A DNA stretch of 45,449 nucleotides from positions 1 to 45,449 of the forward strand of contig DAOVVV010000022.1 in assembly GCA_030637025.1 (NCBI GenBank). The letters are read 5' to 3'. Below are positions 40,446 to 45,449 of the stretch, piece by piece (position 1 is the first letter of the stretch; every line of letters begins with the position of its first letter). Under the pieces are notes generated by a model. It did no database searches, was not told where the DNA came from, and worked only from the letters and a program-made list of their open reading frames with translations. The position numbers were made by a program, and so were the translations under genes. Origin of the DNA: Clostridia bacterium (GTDB lineage Bacteria > CBDUZB01 > JAGLHV01).

Positions 40446-42044
40446 TTAGTACCTCTTTTCCTTTGCTGCTTTAATAAAATCTTTAAATAACGGATGGGAA
40501 CGCTGTGGCCGGGACTTAAATTCAGGATGAAATTGCACTGCTAAAAACCATGGATGCCCCTTCAATTCAACTATTTCAGCTAAGTCTCCTTTTTTATATT
40601 CACCACTTACTATTAACCCCTTTGATTCTATTTTTTGGCGAAATTCATTGTTTAATTCATAACGATGCCGATGCCTTTCCATCACTGAATTTTTTCCATA
40701 TGACTGCCAGGCAAGAGAATTCTTCAAAATATGACAGGGATAATTCCCCAAACGCATTGTTCCACCTTTAACAATAATCTCTTTTTGTTTACTCATCAAA
40801 GTAATTACCGGATACGAAGGAAAATCAACAAATTCAGTACTATTAGCTCCTTTCATTTTACAAACATTCCGGCTAAATTCAATAATAGCACATTGCATTC
40901 CCAGGCAAATTCCAAAAAAAGGAATATTATTTTCCCGGGCATAACGAATAACTTCTATTTTACCTGCTATCCCTCGTTCCCCAAATCCTCCCGGAACCAG
41001 TATTCCTGAAACATTTTTTAACTCTTTCTTCAAATTTCCTTTTTCCACATCTATATATTCTACCCTTACCTTCACATTATTAACTAACCCCGCATGAATT
41101 AATGATTCCCAAATACTTTTATAAGCATCCTTTAAATCTGTATATTTACCGGCAATAGCAATAGTTACAGATTTATCTATATTAGATAGTTTTTTTCCAA
41201 CCTTTTCCCAAAACAAAAAACTACTCTTTTTTATTCTCTTTTTTCTCAGACCTAACTTATTTAAAATTAATTTATCCAGATTTTGTTTTTTTAACATTAA
41301 AGGAACTTCATAAATAGTTGTTTTAACATCTATTTCTTCAATTACTGCTTCCTCACGAACGTTACAAAAAAGAGCTATTTTATCTTTTATTTCTTTAGTT
41401 AATACTTTCTCAGTACGACAAACAATTATCTGCGGTTCAATACCAATTTCTCTCAACTTAGCTACACTCTGTTGAGTTGGTTTACTTTTCATTTCTCCTG
41501 CTGCCTGAATATAGGGTACTAAAGTTACATGCAAATGACAAACATTTTTCCATCCGACTTCCTGCCTGAATTGCCTTACTGCTTCTAAAAATGGTAATCC
41601 TTCTATATCACCCGTCGTTCCTCCTATTTCTGTGATTAATATATCAAAATTTTTTCCTACTTTTTTAATCCGGGATTTAATTTCATTAGTAACATGGGGT
41701 ACTACCTGAACAGTTCCTCCTAAAAATTTCCCTTTTCTTTCCTGAGTAATTATCGTGTCGTAAATTGCTCCACTGGTCACATTATTATCCCTTCGCATAT
41801 TAATATCAAGGAATCTCTCATAATGTCCCAGATCAAGATCAGTCTCTGCTCCATCTTCGGTAACAAAAACTTCACCGTGTTGAAAAGGACTCATCGTCCC
41901 CGGATCAACATTTAAATAAGGATCTATTTTAAGCATATTTACACGTAACCCACACTCCTGTAATAAATAACCGAGAGAAGCAGCTGTTATCCCCTTACCC
42001 AGAGAAGACACCACTCCCCCTGTCACAAAAATATATCGAGTCAT
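40446..42044 (-). CDS. pyrG: CTP synthase
   Basis: [37 protein letters not shown]. Confidence 0.99.
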   Translation of the reverse strand: MTRYIFVTGGVVSSLGKGITAASLGYLLQECGLRVNMLKIDPYLNVDPGTMSPFQHGEVFVTEDGAETDLDLGHYERFLDINMRRDNNVTSGAIYDTIITQERKGKFLGGTVQVVPHVTNEIKSRIKKVGKNFDILITEIGGTTGDIEGLPFLEAVRQFRQEVGWKNVCHLHVTLVPYIQAAGEMKSKPTQQSVAKLREIGIEPQIIVCRTEKVLTKEIKDKIALFCNVREEAVIEEIDVKTTIYEVPLMLKKQNLDKLILNKLGLRKKRIKKSSFLFWEKVGKKLSNIDKSVTIAIAGKYTDLKDAYKSIWESLIHAGLVNNVKVRVEYIDVEKGNLKKELKNVSGILVPGGFGERGIAGKIEVIRYARENNIPFFGICLGMQCAIIEFSRNVCKMKGANSTEFVDFPSYPVITLMSKQKEIIVKGGTMRLGNYPCHILKNSLAWQSYGKNSVMERHRHRYELNNEFRQKIESKGLIVSGEYKKGDLAEIVELKGHPWFLAVQFHPEFKSRPQRSHPLFKDFIKAAKEKRY

Positions 42045-42205
42045 TTTTTTCTCCTTAATTTTTTATAATCAAAATTTCTTACAAATATCAATACCTATAA
42101 ACAGTATCCAACCTTACCCGGAATATTTAATCTTAATTTTTGATGTTATAAAATTCGTGTTAATTTATCTATTTAAAAATTGTCCGACTTTCAATAAATT
42201 GCAAC

Positions 42206-43591
42206 TTATTTATTTTCTAATGAATCCTTGGAAATTTTTTCATCGACTGTAATCGGGTATTTACCATTAAAACAAGCAGTACAAAATTCTTCCGGTGGTA
42301 ACGGCATGGAAGAAAGCATTCCCGGCAAACTCAAATAACCTAAACTATTTAAAGATAAATGCTTACATATTTGCTCCTGACTACAATTATCAGCAATTAA
42401 TTCTGTTTTAGTGGGAAAATCAATACCATAAAAACAAGGATGTTTAATAGGAGGACAACTAACTCTCATATGAATTTCTTTAGCCCCTGCATCCCAAAGA
42501 GTTCTTACCCTGGTTTTACTGGTAGTTCCGCGAACAATTGAATCTTCTATTATAGCTATTCGCTTATTTTTCAAAACATCTTTAACCGGATTAAGTTTAA
42601 TTTTTACATTCAGAGATCTAATCTTTGGAGAAGGTTGAATAAAAGTTCTGCCAACATAATGATTTCTTATTATACCCATTTCAAAGGAAATTTTGCTTGC
42701 CTGTGCAAATCCTAACGCAGCATAATTACCGGAATCCGGTACCGGCATAACCATATCCACCTTAGCCGGATACTCTTTGGCTAACTGTTTTCCCAAGCAT
42801 TTTCTGGTTAAATAAACATTTTTTCCAAATATGTTACTATCCGGACGGGAAAAATAAATAAATTCAAAAATACACAAAGAATGTTTCTGAGGAGAAAAAG
42901 GTTTTATTGATTTAATTCCATCTTTATTAATAAAAACAATTTCTCCCGGTTCAATTTCCCTGATATATTCAGCCTGAATAATATCCAGAGCACAAGTCTC
43001 AGAAGCAAGAACATAAGCCCCGTTTAAACGACCCAAACATAATGGTTTGAATCCGAAAGGGTCCCTTACCCCTATTATTTGATTTTTATCACATAAAATT
43101 AAAGAATAAGAACCTTTTATTTTAGATAAAGCTTCAATTAAAGCATCTTCGAATTTTTTCTTTTTCGAATGCGCAATTAAATGAATAATTATTTCACTAT
43201 CCATTGTAGACTGAAAAATAGCCCCTCTTTCTTCCATATCATGGCATAATTGTACTCTATTAACTAAATTGCCATTATGCACTATAGCAATCACTCCCCG
43301 GGAATATTCTACCCAAAAAGGTTGAGCATTTTTTATATGGGAAACCCCTGTAGTAGAATACCTTACATGCCCGACAGCCAAATGTCCTGTTAGGTTGTCT
43401 AATATTTCATCCTTAAAAACTTTAGACACCAAACCCATTTCTTTATGGACCTTAAAATTTTCACCATCGGAAACAGCTATACCGGCACTTTCCTGTCCAC
43501 GATGTTGTAAAGCATAAAGCCCCAGATAAGTAAGTCTACTTGCGTCTTTATGTCCAAATATAGCAAAAACACCACAATATTCTTTAGTCAT
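42206..43591 (-). CDS. purF: Amidophosphoribosyltransferase
   Basis: N-terminal CG, LQHRGQE, GHVRYST, DSIVRGTT, FYGIDFP, CTACF. Confidence 0.97.
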   Translation of the reverse strand: MTKEYCGVFAIFGHKDASRLTYLGLYALQHRGQESAGIAVSDGENFKVHKEMGLVSKVFKDEILDNLTGHLAVGHVRYSTTGVSHIKNAQPFWVEYSRGVIAIVHNGNLVNRVQLCHDMEERGAIFQSTMDSEIIIHLIAHSKKKKFEDALIEALSKIKGSYSLILCDKNQIIGVRDPFGFKPLCLGRLNGAYVLASETCALDIIQAEYIREIEPGEIVFINKDGIKSIKPFSPQKHSLCIFEFIYFSRPDSNIFGKNVYLTRKCLGKQLAKEYPAKVDMVMPVPDSGNYAALGFAQASKISFEMGIIRNHYVGRTFIQPSPKIRSLNVKIKLNPVKDVLKNKRIAIIEDSIVRGTTSKTRVRTLWDAGAKEIHMRVSCPPIKHPCFYGIDFPTKTELIADNCSQEQICKHLSLNSLGYLSLPGMLSSMPLPPEEFCTACFNGKYPITVDEKISKDSLENK

Positions 43592-43662
43592 TTCTAATAT
43601 TTAATTCCTTTCATTATAAATATTTATCGCCGAAACAATCCTCATTTCGCGTTAATCTAAAA

Positions 43663-44430
43663 TTAAGATAGTCGCACGGCAATGCCTTTTTCTTGCAAAT
43701 ATTCTTTTAATTGATTAATACTATATTTACCATAATGAAATATAGAAGCAGCCAATGCCGCATCTGCTTTTCCCCTAATTAAAACATCACTAATATGTTC
43801 TAGATTACCTGCCCCACCGGAAGCAATCACCGGAATATTAATCATTTCAGAAACTCGACAGGTTAATTCCAAATCATATCCTTGATTTGTTCCATCCGCA
43901 TCCATACTGGTAAGAAGAATTTCTCCTGCTCCTAATTGTTCCACTTTTTTTATCCATTCAAAAACATCTATCCGGGTAGATTTTCTCCCTCCGTAAGTAA
44001 AAACCTCCCATTTTTCCGGTTGTACACCCTGTCTTTTTACATCTACGGCTACTATAATACATTGCCGTCCAAACTTTTCTGCTGCTATCTGAATTAAAGA
44101 AGGATTTTCCACTGCTGCTGTGTTTAAAGAGACCTTATCTGCCCCGGATTTAAGCAGATTCTTTATATCTTCAATGTTTCTTATCCCTCCTCCTACTGTC
44201 AAAGGAATAAAAGTACATTCTGCGGTTTTTTCCACAACATCCAACATTGTTTTTCTTTTTTCAAAACTGGCAGCTATATCCAGAAAAACTATTTCATCTG
44301 CTCCCTGCTGACTATAAAAAGAAGCTATTTCTACAGGATCACCGGCATCTTTTAAATTTACAAAACGAGTCCCTTTCACTACCCGGCCATCTTTTACATC
44401 CAAACAAGGAATAATTCTTTTAGTAAGCAT
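43663..44430 (-). CDS. hisF: Imidazole glycerol phosphate synthase, cyclase subunit
   Basis: [31 protein letters not shown]. Confidence 0.98.
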   Translation of the reverse strand: MLTKRIIPCLDVKDGRVVKGTRFVNLKDAGDPVEIASFYSQQGADEIVFLDIAASFEKRKTMLDVVEKTAECTFIPLTVGGGIRNIEDIKNLLKSGADKVSLNTAAVENPSLIQIAAEKFGRQCIIVAVDVKRQGVQPEKWEVFTYGGRKSTRIDVFEWIKKVEQLGAGEILLTSMDADGTNQGYDLELTCRVSEMINIPVIASGGAGNLEHISDVLIRGKADAALAASIFHYGKYSINQLKEYLQEKGIAVRLS

Positions 44431-44439
44431 AAAATTTCC

Positions 44440-45063
44440 TTAGCTCTCGCTCAATTGATAAAAATTGTTCAATATTTTTAATCCTACTTCTCCACTTTTT
44501 TCAGGATGAAATTGCATTCCGTAAAGATTATCCCTTCCGATTGCAGAGCAAAATTCTCCCCCATAATCAGTTACAGCCATTATCTTTTCTTTGTCTTCCA
44601 CTTCTACATAATAAGAATGAACAAAATAAAAATAAGAATTATCCGGAATACCTTTTAAAATATCCTGCTTTTTATTTTTAATTTTAATTGTATTCCATCC
44701 CATATGCGGTATTTTTAAATGATTTTTGTCAGAAAATTTAAATCTATTTACGTTCCCTTTAACTATATTTAACCCGGCACATAATCCATCTTCCCGGCTT
44801 TGAGTAAATAATAATTGCAACCCTAAACAAATTCCTAAAAAAAGCTTACCCTGCTTAATTTCTTCTTTAAGAATAGGAATAATTTTTAATTCATTGAGAT
44901 TTTTCATTGCTGCCCTAAACGCCCCAACTCCAGGTAAAATAATTGCCTTTGCCTGCTTAATATCCTCTGCTTTAGCAGTAATTTTTACTTTAGCACCAAC
45001 AAATTCTAATGCTTTTTTTACACTTTTTAAATTTCCCATCCCGTAATCAATTATGGCTATCAT
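44440..45063 (-). CDS. hisH: Imidazole glycerol phosphate synthase, glutaminase subunit
   Basis: DYGMGN, PGVGAF, GICLG, PHMGWN, FVHSY, QFHPEKS. Confidence 0.98.
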   Translation of the reverse strand: MIAIIDYGMGNLKSVKKALEFVGAKVKITAKAEDIKQAKAIILPGVGAFRAAMKNLNELKIIPILKEEIKQGKLFLGICLGLQLLFTQSREDGLCAGLNIVKGNVNRFKFSDKNHLKIPHMGWNTIKIKNKKQDILKGIPDNSYFYFVHSYYVEVEDKEKIMAVTDYGGEFCSAIGRDNLYGMQFHPEKSGEVGLKILNNFYQLSES

Positions 45064-45115
45064 TGTCTTATTAAATCCCTTTAATATCTACTATTGCATT
45101 AAATTTTATCAAATC

Positions 45116-45202
45116 AACTACCCCTCAACAGTAAGCTGCGAATAATTAAACACTCAACCCTTCGTTCCCTTTAAGGGAATTTATGCTGAGCAAAGCGAAC
45201 TG
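45116..45202. repeat. Family C left part, preceding the array
   Basis: AACTACCCC...GCTGCG...AATTAAA...CCCTTCG matches 10387-10432, with an inserted TTCCCTT-T-AAGGGAA hairpin and CTGAGCAAAGCGA. Confidence 0.65.
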
Positions 45203-45449
45203 CTCAGGATCAATTCGACTACAGAGTTTTTGTCAGCTTAGCTGACAAGGAACTGAAACACAGACCCTTCGACTCCCTTCAGTCGTCTCAGGACCAATTC
45301 GACTACAGAGTTTTTGTCAGCTTAGCTGACAAGGAATTGAAACACAGACCCTTCGACTCCCTTCAGTCGTCTCGGAATCAATTCGACTACAGAGTTTTTG
45401 TCAGCTTAGCTGACAAGGAATTGAAACACAGGCCCTTCGACTCCCTTCA
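45203..45449. repeat. 84-bp tandem repeat array (about 3 units visible, truncated by window end)
   Basis: Units start at 45203, 45287 and 45371; near-identical; each has hairpins TTGTCAGC-TTA-GCTGACAA and CGACT-CCCTTC-AGTCG. Confidence 0.95.

Noticed and set aside
427-44311. Other short plus-strand ORFs in the track (all except uvrA)
   Set aside because: Antisense shadows of well-supported minus-strand genes, with no recognisable motifs.
45203-45449. CRISPR array
   Set aside because: Whole 84-bp units repeat with no unique spacers, and no cas genes are in the window.
45064-45449. His attenuator upstream of hisH
   Set aside because: No His-rich leader peptide, and the same element occurs next to ilvD.

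Overview
AT-rich chromosomal segment from a diderm (LPS-making) bacterium. It is almost all housekeeping genes on the minus strand; uvrA is the only plus-strand gene. Order along the minus strand: hisH-hisF-purF-pyrG; an orphan substrate-binding protein with a HAMP histidine kinase and stand-alone receiver; uvrA, divergent from pgi; an LPS/heptose cluster (GT9, lpxK, GT2, a WaaL-GmhB fusion, split hldE halves); TPR protein-lipoprotein-ispE-spoVG-tRNA-Gln-small basic protein-HU-lpdA; and an aspartate-family/branched-chain amino acid supercluster (aminotransferase, hom, thrC, apgM-like, lysC, cimA, ilvD, ilvBNC, psd, pssA, leuA, leuC). No transposase, integrase or cas gene is present. The unusual content is intergenic. 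Several palindromic repeat families (MITE/REP-like) recur, with compensatory base changes and nested insertions. An 84-bp tandem array at the right edge appears to be an amplified piece of an element found as a single copy at about 10.4 kb. Other notable items are a probable ATT start codon, an internal lysC beta-subunit start, a consensus promoter inside ispE and a 29-aa basic protein missed by the ORF track. Family assignments come from motif recognition and recall, not database searches.
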